Positions 24,801 through 37,401 of a DNA stretch of 64,000 nt are shown piece after piece. Below the pieces are notes generated by a model. It made no database searches. It saw only the letters and a list, made by a program, of their open reading frames with translations, and had not been told where the DNA came from. The position numbers and the translations under genes were made by a program. Source of the DNA: Macrostomum hystrix. Lineage: Eukaryota > Animalia > Platyhelminthes. The DNA lies in assembly GCA_950097015.1 (NCBI GenBank), contig CATNEN010000038.1:124001-188000 (forward strand), given 5' to 3'. Positions within the stretch are counted from its first letter, which is position 1. Every line of letters begins with the position of its first letter.

Positions 24801-26027
24801 ACCAGGTTGGTGATGCTTACCTGACACGCAATGCACCTCCCGAAATCATATTTTTTCTCCTAAGGGTTAGTACTTACCTTGGCTCATATTTGGTGACACT
24901 AGACCCGCAGCCGGCGAGGCATTTCGCTGACTCCTGAGCTCACACGCACACAGATACTGTACGCAGGCACTCGCTTACGCAGGTGTGTACATCTGCCCTG
25001 ACTTTCTCATCGTCAGGCAGTGTAAACTTTTACTATGCCTTGGTTGGCCCTCAAGGGCGTAAATTGCAAGACAAGCCCACAAGCCTCAAACAGGGAATAT
25101 ACGTTAATCTCCCTGTTCCTTAAACTGGGAATAGACGTTATCCGCGGCTGCGCCCCAAATAAATCTGGCCTCGCCACGGAATCGAGCTCAGGGACCTTGG
25201 TGCAAGAGGCAAACGCGTTAACCACTCTGCCACTCACTCCCTAAAGTTACTACCTTATTACCCAATCTTAAACTTCTATGGGAAATTTAATCCCCAGAAG
25301 AATCCTAATTCCCCAAATCATCATTCTGCAGTTTCTTGAATTTCCCAAGTCCTCGCTAAGCTGAGCCTCCCGAACTCCCCAGACTCCGCTGTTCGTGGAC
25401 TTAAACTTCGGCGTGGACATGCAGTCGCGCATCTCCATAGTGGGGCCGAACGGTGTTGGCAAGTCCACGCTGCTGAAGCTGCTGTCAAGCGAGCTGGAGC
25501 CAACCAAGGGCGAGCGTCGCATGAACCACCGGGCCAGGATCGGCAAGTACGACCAGCACAGCGGCGACCAGCTGGACATGGAGGCCACCCCGGTGGAGTT
25601 CCTGCGCACCCTGTTCAACCTGCAGTACCAGGACGCCAGGAAGACCCTCGGCCGGTTCGGCCTGGAGTCGCACGCTCACGAGATCAAGATTCGCCTGCTC
25701 AGCGGCGGCCAGCGGTCTCGCGTCGCCTTCGCCCTGCTCAGCTGCCGCGCTCCGGACATTCTCATCCTGGACGAACCCACCAACAATCTGGACATCGAGA
25801 GCATCGACGCTCTGGCCGACGCTATCAACGAATTCCAGGGCGGTGTCATCATCGTCAGCCACGACGAGCGGCTTATCCGTGACACCGAGTGCCGACTGTG
25901 GGTGGTGGAGAACCAGTCCATTGAAGAGATCGATGGCGGCTTCGACGACTACAGGCAGGAGATTCTGGACTCTCTAGGCGAGACTGTGGTTGCCAAGGCC
26001 GACGCTGTCGCAACTGCTGCTACCTGA
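21830..26027 (+). CDS. ABCF1: ABC-F family translation factor ABCF1/ABC50; exons 21830-23227, 23322-23883, 24237-24805, 25383-26027
   Basis: Long K/E/D-rich N-terminus and two ABC domains ([25 protein letters not shown]; [25 protein letters not shown]). No TM segments. GT-AG introns keep the frame. Confidence 0.95.
23905..24186. repeat. 34-bp minisatellite (CCTCAAACTGGGAATAGACGTTAATCTCCCTGAT)n in ABCF1 intron 2
   Basis: About 8 diverged tandem copies. Confidence 0.85.
24938..25240 (-). mobile_element. tRNA-derived SINE-like repeat, family 2, in ABCF1 intron 3
   Basis: Homologous to 59030-59247. Minus strand starts GAGTGGCAGAGTGGTTAACGCG...GCTCGATTCC (A/B boxes). Interrupted by two 34-bp satellite units. 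Confidence 0.7.
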
Positions 26028-26705
26028 TTCATTGTGCGTCGGTTCTTTGCCGACTGTGGGTGCATTTTAAGCTTTGCGAGTTGTGCGTTGCGGAATTCTG
26101 ATCTGTTCCTGATGTTAGTTGTCCCGTGTGAGGATCACTTTGCTGAGCTGATTTCGACTCTCCCCTCTTCTCTCTGCCGCTTTCTCTCCTTGATTTCCCC
26201 TTCTTATCTCGCCTAGATTGTCCCCTTGTATCCCTTCATTCTTCCTTAATAACTCCCTAATTCCCAAATTTATTCTCCCATTCTAACTCTTCATTCTCCC
26301 ATTTGAACCCTTGATTCTCCCCCCCCGTTTTGTCATTGTCAGTTCATTCGATGTCGGAGTAAAAGTACAACATGTACTAATTAGCGCCAATGACCTCCCA
26401 CGCAAAAAGCTATTCAAAAAAGTAAAAAAGCTTCAGATAATTGTGATTAGTGCTGTGCTCTTCAATATACTCATTGTGTGGACTGTGTGTGTGTGTGTGG
26501 GATCACACACCGCCAAAATTGCAGTGCGTATTCCCCATTGGAGTGATAGGTAACTTTTTGCGTATAAATATAATTTAACTGGCATCAATTATTGGGTAAA
26601 GGTGAAATAAATTAACAGGCAGACGCTTTACGTCGCGTAAGATTTTGCGATTGAACTGGCCTCCTTGTTCCTATTAATTTGTTCAAATCAGACCGAGAAC
26701 GTTGG

Positions 26706-26719
26706 TTGTCATGGAAACA
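26706..26719. promoter_or_regulatory. RFX X-box-like motif GTTGTCATGGAAAC upstream of the BRD8-like gene
   Basis: Matches the palindromic X-box pattern. Motif evidence only. Confidence 0.35.
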
Positions 26720-26776
26720 GTGGCTTCATTGTTTAGGCTTTCATCAATCAATCAATCAATTCCAGCAGCTTCACTG

Positions 26777-27677
26777 ATGGCCACAGAAGCAGTTAGCATT
26801 GCGGACCGATCGACACTTCAGCGCCAGGGTTCTTCGACTGCGTCTTCATCGGCCGCTGATGTCGGTCATCGTTGGAGTCGCCGCGAAGACCTGGCTCTGG
26901 CCAGCGCGGTTGAACGAGTCGGCGATCGGGCCTGGACCTCCGTCTCGCGGCTGGTTGTCCCGCTGGCTGATGGCAACTCCGACTGGCGCCTGCTGACCGC
27001 TCGAGCTTGCTCAGTACGCTACTCGGAGCTGCAGCTGACATTCGCGGCTGAGCGCGGCGAGATCAAGGCTGCGAAAAAGCCGGAGCCGAAGGAGTCGCTG
27101 GTGCAGAGGTTGACTCGAGATCGAATTGCGGAGCTCCGCCAGCTGCTCGAGTCCGTGGCTGAGCGCTATCGACAGGCGAAATCTTTGCCTACGTCCGACA
27201 CCGCGGCAATGCCTTCAGCACCGTCGACATTGTCTAATCGACGTCGCGGAGCCGACGGAGTTTTTGTTGTCAGCGACGCCGAGCTGGCAGGTCTTTTCGC
27301 TGATGACAAGGCCGCCGGGTCGACGAAGAGATTTCCTAGAAAGTCTTTGAACATTGACGGCGAGGAATCGTCCCCTGCCGGCAATGCGTCCGAAGCCGAA
27401 CCCATGACGTCGCCGACATCCGCCGCTCGAGCCTTTGCCGACGAAGACGATGTCGACGAGGAATTCGGTGAAGAATCTGCGGCCACGTCGCTGTCGGCTT
27501 CGTTAAATGCCTCGACGGCGTCGGTGACGCTGCCGGCTGCGGCTGTTGCTGCTGCTGCCACCTCGGTCGGAGCGGAGTCTGTCGCATCGGCCGCGGCCGC
27601 CTCCGCTGCCTCCGATGATCACGAAGCGACACAGTCGATTGAAGCGTCCACTGCGGCACCGGAAACACCGTCAGCTC

Positions 27678-27708
<31 letters not shown>

Positions 27709-30047
27709 CGTCGCCGCTGTCACTCCTCCGACCGTCACTGGCAAAGAGTTTGTGGACTCGCCAGAACCCAGCGATGCTAAAGCCGTCAAACAGTGGCGCA
27801 AGCAGGTTTGTGCTCGCGGGCCTTCGTTCTCTCTTCCCCCCCAGTGGGTTGTTTTTAGCATATTTGGGACTGACCGTCAGCGGATCTTTATTTGGTATAC
27901 GTGGAAAGTCCGTAGCCCATGTTCTTAGATGTTCAGGTTCATTGGCCACTTCAGTCGATTTCTAAATTGACTCAAATGCATTTTCACCATTGTCTCGCTT
28001 ATTCTCAAACTGTGAATTGTGATCATTCTCCCAGATCCTCAATCTGGGAACTGTGATCATTCTCCCAGATCCTCAAACTGGGAACTGTGATCATTCTCCC
28101 AGATCCTGAAACTGAGAACTGTGATCATTCTCCCAGATCCTCAATCTGGGAACTGTGATCATTCTCGCAGATCCTCAAACTGGGAACTGTGATCAATCTC
28201 CCAGATCCTCAAACTGGGAACTGTGATCATTCTCACAGATCCTCAATCTGGGAACTGTGATCATTCTCCCAGATCCTCAAACTGGGAACTGTGATCATTC
28301 TCACAGATCCTCAAACTGGGAACTGTGATCATTCTCCCAGATCCTCAAACTAGGAACTGTGATCATTCTCCCAGATCCTCAAACTGGGAACTGTGATCAT
28401 TCTCCCAGATCCTCAAACTGGGAACTGTGATCATTCTCCCAGATCCTCAAACTGGGAACTGTGATCATTCTCCCAGATCCTGAAACTGGGAACTGTGATC
28501 ATTCTCCCAGGTCCTCAAACTGGGAACTGTGATCATTCTCCCAGATCCTGAAACTGAGAACTGTGATCATTCTCCCAGATCCTCAATTTGGGAACTGTGA
28601 TCATTCTCCCAGATCCTCAATTTGGGAACTGTGATCATTCTCCCAGATCCTCAAACTGGGAACTGTAATCATTCTCCCAGATCCTGAAACTGAGAACTGT
28701 GATCATTCTCCCAGATCCTCAAACTGGGAACTGTGATCATTCTCCCAGATCCTCAAACTGGGAACTGTGATCATTCTCCCAGATCCTCAAACTGGGAACT
28801 GTGATCATTCTCCCAGATCCTCAAACAGGGAACTGTAATCATTCTCCCAGATCCTCAAACTGGGAACTGTAATTATTCTCACAGATCCTCAAACTGGGAA
28901 CTGTAATCATTCTCCCAGATCCTCAAACTGGGAACTGTGATCATTCTCCCAGATCCTCAAACTGGGAACTGTGATCATTCTCCCAGATCCTCAAACTGGG
29001 AACTGTAATCATTCTCCCAGATCCTCAAACTGGGAACTGTAATTATTCTCCCAGATCCTCAAACTGGGAACTGTGATCATTCTCCCAGATCCTGAAACTG
29101 AGAACTGTGATCATTCTCCCAGATCCTGAAACTGGGAACTGTGATCATTCTCCCAGATCCTCAATCTGGGAACTGTGATCATTCTCCCAGATCCTCAAAC
29201 TGGGAACTGTGATCATTCTCCCAGATCCTCAAACTGGGAACTGTGATCATTCTCCCAGATCCTCAAACTGGGAACTGTAATCATTCTCCCAGATCCTCAA
29301 ACTGGGAACTGTAATTATTCTCACAGATCCTCAAACTGGGAACTGTAATCATTCTCCCAGATCCTCTCTGTCCTGCGCACCACAATGAGTCACAAGCACG
29401 GCTCGGTGTTCCTGCATCCTGTTAGCGATGACATTGCCCCAGGCTACACGAAAGTGGTGCACCGCCCAATGGACCTGACGACTCTCAAGCGGCTGGTCGA
29501 CTCCGGCGAGATCAGCAGCACCCGGCAGTTCCTGAGCCGGCTGTACCTGATCTTTTTCAACGCGGTGATGTACAACAATGCTGATCAGCCAGTGCACTCC
29601 ATGGCTTTGGAGATCTGGGCCGACACCTGCGTGACAGTCAACGAGATGCTCAGCCGTATCGACAGCAGCGGCGGCGTCGCTGGTGTCGGCGGCAGCGGCG
29701 GCAGCGACGGCGGCGAGTTGAACCTCGGCGACGCAGCAGACGGCAGCGAACCGGGCGACTCCGGCAGTCATTCTCACCTGGCCAAAGTGCTGCGCCATCA
29801 TCACGCCAGGCGCAGCGAGCAGTTCCAGCTGCTGCAGCATCCTCACCATCATGTTGTGCTCCATCACTCGGTGTCTCAGGGCTCCGGCGATGCAGCCGCC
29901 ACTGACCAGATGCAGAGGCGCAGAACAGCCAGTCACAGCAGTTCTAACGCTGCCGCCACCGCTGCCGCTGCTGCACCTGGACTTGAGGAATCGGCGGGTC
30001 GGGCCTCTCTCGGCGGCCAACCGTTGGCCAAGAAGAGGCGCGTTTAA
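26777..30047 (+). CDS. BRD8: BRD8-like protein (N-terminal SANT/Myb-like + bromodomain); exons 26777-27805 and 29361-30047 (an alternative ATG lies at 26711)
   Basis: WSRREDLALASAVERVGDRAWTSVSR resembles the BRD8 N-terminus. Spliced WRKQ|ILSVL leads into a bromodomain (FLHPVSDDIAPGY...PMDL...NAVMYN). Confidence 0.85.
28000..29366 (+). repeat. 34-bp minisatellite (ATCCTCAAACTGGGAACTGTGATCATTCTCCCAG)n, ~40 copies, filling the BRD8 intron up to the acceptor
   Basis: Tandem repeat whose last unit supplies the intron's 3' splice site. Confidence 0.95.
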
Positions 30048-30069
30048 ACTGCCAGCGTTAAAACTACAT

Positions 30070-30540
30070 GATCTCACTTTCAGATCCTCAAATTGGAAGG
30101 TACCTGTTCTCACTTTCAGATCCCCTAGTTGGGAATACCTGTTCACACTTTCAGATCCCCTAGTTGGGAATACCTGTTCTCAATTCCAGATCCCCAAATT
30201 GGTAGTACCTGTTCTCACTTTCAGATCCCCTAGTTGGGAATACCTGTTCTCACTTTCAGATCCCCTAGTTGGGAATACCTGTTCTCAATTCCAGATCCCC
30301 AAATTGGTAGTACCTGTTCTCACTTTCAGATCCCCTAGTTGGGAATACCTGTTCTCAATTCCAGATCCCCAAATTGGTAGTACCTGTTCTCACTTTCAGA
30401 TCCCCTAGTTGGGAATACCTGTTCTCACTTTCAGATCCCCAAAGTTGGGAATACCTGTTCTCACTTTCAGATCCCCAAAGTTGGGAATACCTGTTCTCAC
30501 TTTCAGATCCCCTATTTGGGAAAACCTGTTCTCAATCCTA
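30070..30540. repeat. 35-36-bp minisatellite (CAGATCCCCTAGTTGGGAATACCTGTTCTCACTTT)n in the likely BRD8 3' UTR
   Basis: About 13 copies starting just after the stop codon. AATAAA signals follow at ~30865 and ~30898. Confidence 0.9.
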
Positions 30541-31039
30541 AATTCACAAGCTAGTTATTCTTACTTTGAGATGTTTAAGTGAAAACATCCAGGTTTTCGA
30601 ATTCTAATGCTGGTTCGCAAATATATACTAGCTCTTTAAGCCCTACCATTGAAACGGTCTGCAATGTGTAGTAAGTTTTGTCAATGCTTATAATTTAGCA
30701 AAATTATTAATTCATTAGCTGTTCAAAAACTGCTGCTTCGTCTGCAGGTGAAACTGTCTATTTTTGTATTTATCGCGTGTAATTCCGTAATTTTATAAGT
30801 AGCTTTGGCATATTTGCAACGTGTTTAATTTCATTAACTAATCTGTATCGGCTAAGAAAAACGGAATAAAGCATTTGCTATGTTTGGCAATACGAGCAAT
30901 AAACAATTTCTTTTGATTATAATGTTGATTAAATAATTTGCGGAACCTACTTAAAGTAACAAGATAAGCTAAAGCAACTCTAACAGACTACGTCTATAGC
31001 TATAAAGGCTTTGAGTTGAAGCCCACACATCTTCAGCCG

Positions 31040-34000
31040 AATCCCTAAATTGGGAAAGCCTGTTCTCACTTCTAAATCCCTAAATTGGGGAAGCCTGTTC
31101 TCACTCCCAAATCCCTAAATTGGGAAGCCTGTTTTCACTCCCAAATCCCTAAATTGGGAAAGCCTGTTTTCACTCCCAAATCCCTAAATTGGGAAAGCCT
31201 GTTCTCACTCCCAAATCCCTAAATTGGGGAAGCCTGTTTTCACTCCCAAATCCCTAAATTGGGAAGGCCTGTTCTCACTTCCTAAATCCCTAAATTGGGA
31301 AAGCCTGTTCTCACTCCCAAATCCCTAAATTGGGAAGGCCTGTTCTCACTCTCAAATCCCTAAATTGGGAAGGCCTGTTCTCACTCTCAAATCCCTAAAT
31401 TGGGAAAGCCTGTTCTCACTCCCAAATCCCTAAATTGGGAAAGCCTGTTCTCACTCTCAAATCCCTAAATTGGGAAAGCCTGTTCTCACTCCCAAATCCC
31501 TAAATTGGGAAAGCCTGTTCTCACTCCCAAATCCCTAAATTGGGAAAGCCTGTTCTCACTCTCAAATCCCTAAATCGGGAAAGCCTGTTCCCACTTCTAA
31601 ATCCCTAAATTGGGGAAGCCTGTTCTCACTCCCAAATCCCTAAATTGGGAAGCCTGTTTTCACTCCCAAATCCCTAAATTGGGAAAGCCTGTTTTCACTC
31701 CCAAATCCCTAAATTGGGAAAGCCTGTTCTCACTCCCAAATCCCTAAATTGGGGAAGCCTGTTTTCACTCCCAAATCCCTAAATTGGGAAGCCTGTTCTC
31801 ACTTCTAAATCCCTAAATTGGGGAAGCCTGTTCTCACTCCCAAATCCCTAAATTGGGAAGCCTGTTTTCACTCCCAAATCCCTAAATCGGGAAAGCCTGT
31901 TTTCACTCCCAAATCCCTAAATTGGGAAAGCCTGTTCTCACTCCCAAATCCCTAAATTGGGGAAGCCTGTTTTCACTCCCAAATCCCTAAATTGGGAAGG
32001 CCTGTTCTCACTTCCTAAATCCCTAAATTGGGAAAGCCTGTTCTCACTCCCAAATCCCTAAATTGGGAAGGCCTGTTCTCACTCTCAAATCCCTAAATTG
32101 GGAAGGCCTGTTCTCACTCTCAAATCCCTAAATTGGGAAAGCCTGTTCTCACTCCCAAATCCCTAAATTGGGAAAGCCTGTTCTCACTCTCAAATCCCTA
32201 AATTGGGAAAGCCTGTTCTCACTCCCAAATCCCTAAATTGGGAAAGCCTGTTCTCACTCCCAAATCCCTAAATTGGGAAAGCCTGTTCTCACTCTCAAAT
32301 CCCTAAATCGGGAAAGCCTGTTCTCACTTCTAAATCCCTAAATTGGGGAAGCCTGTTCTCACTCCCAAATCCCTAAATTGGGAAGCCTGTTTTCACTCCC
32401 AAATCCCTAAATTGGGAAAGCCTGTTTTCACTCCCAAATCCCTAAATTGGGAAGCCTGTTTTCACTCCCAAATCCCTAAATTGGGAAAGCCTGTTTTCAC
32501 TCCCAAATCCCTAAATTGGGAAAGCCTGTTCTCACTCCCAAATCCCTAAATTGGGGAAGCCTGTTTTCACTCCCAAATCCCTAAATTGGGAAAGCCTGTT
32601 CTCACTCCCAAATCCCTAAATTGGGAAGGCCTGTTCTCACTTCCTAAATCCCTAAATTGGGAAAGCCTGTTCTCACTCCCAAATCCCTAAATTGGGAAGG
32701 CCTGTTCTCACTCTCAAATCCCTAAATTGGGAAGGCCTGTTCTCACTCTCAAATCCCTAAATTGGGAAAGCCTGTTCTCACTCCCAAATCCCTAAATTGG
32801 GAAAGCCTGTTCTCACTCTCAAATCCCTAAATTGGGAAAGCCTGTTCTCACTCCCAAATCCCTAAATTGGGGAAGCCTGTTCTCACTCTCAAATCCCTAA
32901 ATCGGGAAAGCCTGTTCTCACTCCCAAATCCCTAAATCGGGAAAGCCTGTTCTCACTCCCAAATCCCTAAATTGGGAAAGCCTGTTCTCACTCCCAAATC
33001 CCTAAATTGGGAAAGCCTGTTCTCACTCTCAAATCCCTAAATCGGGAAAGCCTGTTCTCACTCTCAAATCCCTAAATTGGGAAAGCCTGTTTTCACTCAC
33101 AAATCCCTAAATTGGGAAAGCCTGTTCTCACTCCCAAATCCCTAAATTGGGGAAGCCTGTTCTCAATCTCAAATCCCTAAATCGGGAAAGCCTGTTCTCA
33201 CTCCCAAATCCCTAAATCGGGAAAGCCTGTTCTCACTCCCAAATCCCTAAATTGGGAAAGCCTGTTCTCACTCCCAAATCCCTAAATTGGGAAAGCCTGT
33301 TCTCACTCCCAAATCCCTAAATCGGGAAAGCCTGTTCTCACTCCCAAATCCCTAAATTGGGAAAGCCTGTTCTCACTCCCAAATCCCTAAATTGGGAAGG
33401 CCTGTTCTCACTTCCTAAATCCCTAAATTGGGAAAGCCTGTTCTCACTCCCAAATCCCTAAATTGGGAAAGCCTGTTTTCACTCCCAAATCCCTAAATTG
33501 GGAAAGCCTGTTCTCACTCCCAAATCCCTAAATTGGGGAAGCCTGTTTTCACTCCCAAATCCCTAAATTGGGAAAGCCTGTTCTCACTCCCAAATCCCTA
33601 AATTGGGAAGGCCTGTTCTCACTTCCTAAATCCCTAAATTGGGAAAGCCTGTTCTCACTCCCAAATCCCTAAATTGGGAAGGCCTGTTCTCACTCTCAAA
33701 TCCCTAAATTGGGAAGGCCTGTTCTCACTCTCAAATCCCTAAATTGGGAAAGCCTGTTCTCACTCCCAAATCCCTAAATTGGGAAAGCCTGTTCTCACTC
33801 TCAAATCCCTAAATTGGGAAAGCCTGTTTTCACTCCCAAATCCCTAAATTGGGAAAGCCTGTTCTCACTCCCAAATCCCTAAATTGGGGAAGCCTGTTCT
33901 CACTCTCAAATCCCTAAATCGGGAAAGCCTGTTCTCACTCCCAAATCCCTAAATCGGGAAAGCCTGTTCTCACTCCCAAATCCCTAAATTGGGAAAGCCT

Positions 34001-34620
34001 GTTCTCACTCCCAAATCCCTAAATTGGGAAAGCCTGTTCTCACTCCCAAATCCCTAAATCGGGAAAGCCTGTTCTCACTCCCAAATCCCTAAATTGGGAA
34101 AGCCTGTTCTCACTCCCAAATCCCTAAATTGGGAAAGCCTGTTCTCACTCCCAAATCCCTAAATCGGGAAAGCCTGTTCTCACTCCCAAATCCCTAAATC
34201 GGGAAAGCCTGTTCTCACTCCCAAATCCCTAAATCGGGAAAGCCTGTTCTCACTCCCAAATCCCTAAATCGGGAAAGCCTGTTCTCACTCCCAAATCCCT
34301 AAATTGGGAAAGCCTGTTCTCACTCTCAAATCCCTAAATTGGGAAAGCCTGTTCTCACTCTCAAATCCCTAAATCGGGAAAGCCTGTTCTCACTCCCAAA
34401 TCCCTAAATTGGGGAAGCCTGTTCTCACTCCCAAATCCCTAAATTGGGAAAGCCTGTTCTCACTCTCAAATCCCTAAATCGGGAAAGCCTGTTCTCACTC
34501 CCAAATCCCTAAATCGGGAAAGCCTGTTCTCACTCTCAAATCCCTAAATCGGGAAAGCCTGTTCTCACTCCCAAATCCCTAAATCGGGAAAGCCTGTTCT
34601 CACTCCCATATCTCCAGATA
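31040..34620. repeat. 35-bp satellite (AAATCCCTAAATTGGGAAAGCCTGTTCTCACTCCC)n, ~100 copies
   Basis: Tandem repeat with recurring variant blocks. Confidence 0.97.
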
Positions 34621-35131
34621 GGCAGGCTCCAAGGCATCAAAAGTTAAAGTCACTACTGTCTAACGCAACGGAAATGAAATTTATCAATTTAATGGGTCAG
34701 TCCATTAAGACTATATGAGTCTTCATTCAAAAATATAGAAAACTTTCCATGCTTGATATTTCCTTTTTTAGTGTGTCCAGTTGCTAAAATTTCTAGGACC
34801 TATTTTTCGAGTATATGCTGAAATTCACTGTCAGTTACTACATTTTAGCGTATTTACCTGAGCCATTCATCCAGGTGATTAGAATGACGCCCACCAACAA
34901 TTTCCTCACCTACTGACTTAATTTTCGTCATCAGAAAGCGGAAATGTTGACCGTCTTATATTCGTACTCGTCTTTCACATATCGCGAGCATTTAAGGTTG
35001 GATTTAACTTCTAATCATAATAAAAAAATAGTAAAAGAATGAAAATAATTTGAGTCTGATACGAATCTGATTTAGGAAGCATTTCTTCTTCCTTAATCCG
35101 ACTGTTTAAGACTGGATAGTGCTTCATAATA

Positions 35132-36428
35132 CGAGGGTTGTCCGGCCAAAAATAGGAGTGCTCAAATATTATATTATACTTCAGCTATGTGAGATATTAA
35201 TCTGAAAATCGATAATAATCATTTTCAATGTCTATGGACATAACTCCTGAAAAAGCTACAGCAGCGCATTGATGGTTTCTTGTCACTGCTTTTGCCACCC
35301 TGTGGCATTTACTAGTACTTATCTTACCTCTTATGATGGTCAAACAGCGCGAAATCATTGTTGACTGCTTGCATGTCAAGGAGTGCATGCAGCACCTGCA
35401 GGCCATCTACGGCAGCGAACCCTTGTCGCGGAGCCAAGTATATTACATATTTGAACAGCTTCGTGAAGGTCACGATGGCTCTGATGGCAGAGGTCACCAT
35501 CGTGATCCAACTGTTAGGACGCCAGCGAATGTGGCGATGGTTGAGGAGCTGATCAGCGACGAGAGGCATCTCACTGTCAGGGAACTGGCCGACTTGACTG
35601 GCATCTCGAAGACAACTGTTGACGAGATTCTGACCAAGGATCTGCAGCTGAAGCATGTGTCAGCAAGATGGGTGCCGCACCTTCTGACTGAGGAGAACCG
35701 AGCTGAGCGAGTTCGCTGAGCCAATAACTTCTATCGCCTGAAGCGCAGCAATCCCGGCTTCCTTGATCGAGTCATCACTGCTGACGATACATGGCTGCAC
35801 TATGTAACGCCAGAGACCAAGGTTCAGTCGAAGCAGTGGGTTCCGCGTGCAGCTGCGGCCCCAACGAAAGCGTGGGTGTCGCGCAGTGCCAAGAAGACCA
35901 TGGTCATTGTGTTCTTCGACTCGAGTGGGCTGGTGTACACGCATTATGTGCCAAATGGGCTGACGGTCAACAGCCAGTACTACTGCGAGGTCCTGGACAC
36001 TCTGCAAGATCATATCAGCCGTAAGAGGCCGCAGCTGGCGCGAAGAGGCTGGTTCCTCCATCATGACATTGCCCGCCCCCAAGTGTCAGCGTTGACCCAG
36101 CAGTTCCTGGAGAGCCGAGGCATTCAGACTGTGCCACATCCGCCGTACTCCTCGGACTTGGCCCCATGCGACTTTTGGCTATTTCCCAAAGTCAAAGCCG
36201 CGATCGCTGGCGCCCGTTTTGACTCCCTGCAAAGAGGGGGCCACGACCCCTATGCCTGCGTCTAGCTTCGCAGAGGCCTTCGACAAGTGGCTGTTGAGGT
36301 GGGAGCGGTGTCTGGAGAAAGGTGGCAACTTTGTTGAGAAGTGACTCAAGTTTCGTTTTGTTTGCATGCATTGTTGCTAAAGCATTAGAGTTATTAAAGC
36401 AGTCCTATTTTTGGCCGGACAACCCTCG
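35132..36428 (+). mobile_element. Full-length mariner (DD34D) transposon with inactivated transposase
   Basis: TIRs CGAGGGTTGTCCGGCCAAAAATAGGA / TCCTATTTTTGGCCGGACAACCCTCG with TA on both sides. Motifs WVPHLL, TADDTW, HHD-x34-D and YSSDLAPCD. In-frame TGA at 35717-35719 and a disrupted C-terminus. Confidence 0.96.
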
Positions 36429-36529
36429 TAGATTGTTCTTCTCACGCATGGGTCATTGCCCTTGATCCTTTCTTACAATGAGGGGGATATCTGGGATTGT
36501 TAAGGTGACCCTCATCGAGATGGTGTGTT

Positions 36530-36792
36530 GCGATGCTTCCACTTCCACTAGACAGTGTGGGGCGATGCTTCCACTTCCACTAGACAGTGTGGGGCGATGC
36601 TTCCACTTCCACTAGACAGTGTGGGGCGATGCTTCCACTTCCACTAGACAGTGTGGGGCGATGCTTCCACTTCCACTAGACAGTGTGGGGCGATGCTTCC
36701 ACTTCCACTAGACAGTGTGGGGCGATGCTTCCACTTCCACTAGACAGTGTGGGGCGATGCTTCCACTTCCATGAGATGTAGTGGGGCGATGA
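36530..36792. repeat. 32-bp minisatellite (GCGATGCTTCCACTTCCACTAGACAGTGTGGG)n, ~8 copies
   Basis: Tandem repeat. Confidence 0.93.
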
Positions 36793-37401
36793 TTTGGTAA
36801 ATATTTCGAATGGTTTTTGTGGGCAAGTGTAAGGCTAAATAATGTGGGGCGATGCTAGAAGGATTTTCTCTTGTTATGAAATGATAAATTGTATTTATCC
36901 GTTGAGACGCTGAGACGTCTGTGTGGCTTCAACAACGCTGAGACGTCTGTGTGGCTGCTGACAGCGATGGCTCATTCTGTGGAACTCAGTGGTGCCAGTG
37001 TGCAAAAGAAACACGCACCTGTGTTTTTTGTGTGTACAGATTTCAGCTGTATGAGTTGAAAGGCCTCCTCGTTGGCTGCGGATCGACTGACTGAGGCAAA
37101 ACTAGTCGTAGATCGGAAATAAGCAAGAATTAATCTCGAGCTTAAAATGTGTTTGAAGTGCGAATACGACCCAAAATGTCTGCGGGCTCCAAATCTTGCT
37201 CTTCTAACCGGGAACTCGTTTCCCGTGGCCTCGCGAGATGCAGCTCTGGTTTAGACCGGCTGAAGACTCGTTTCAATTTCCAGTAACTGATTGGATCAGA
37301 CCAGCTACAGAACTAAGCTATTAATTAGGCAAAGTCTTCAGTAGCATCCAGAATTGTGTTCGCTCTGTTTTGCGATCTATTAAAGAATTGTGTGGCTAGT
37401 C

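Noticed and set aside
21802-27965. Antisense and alternate-frame ORFs over ABCF1 and BRD8
   Set aside because: Shadow ORFs of GC-rich coding exons.
28000-34620. CRISPR-like 34-35-bp partly palindromic repeats
   Set aside because: No unique spacers, no cas genes, and a eukaryotic context.
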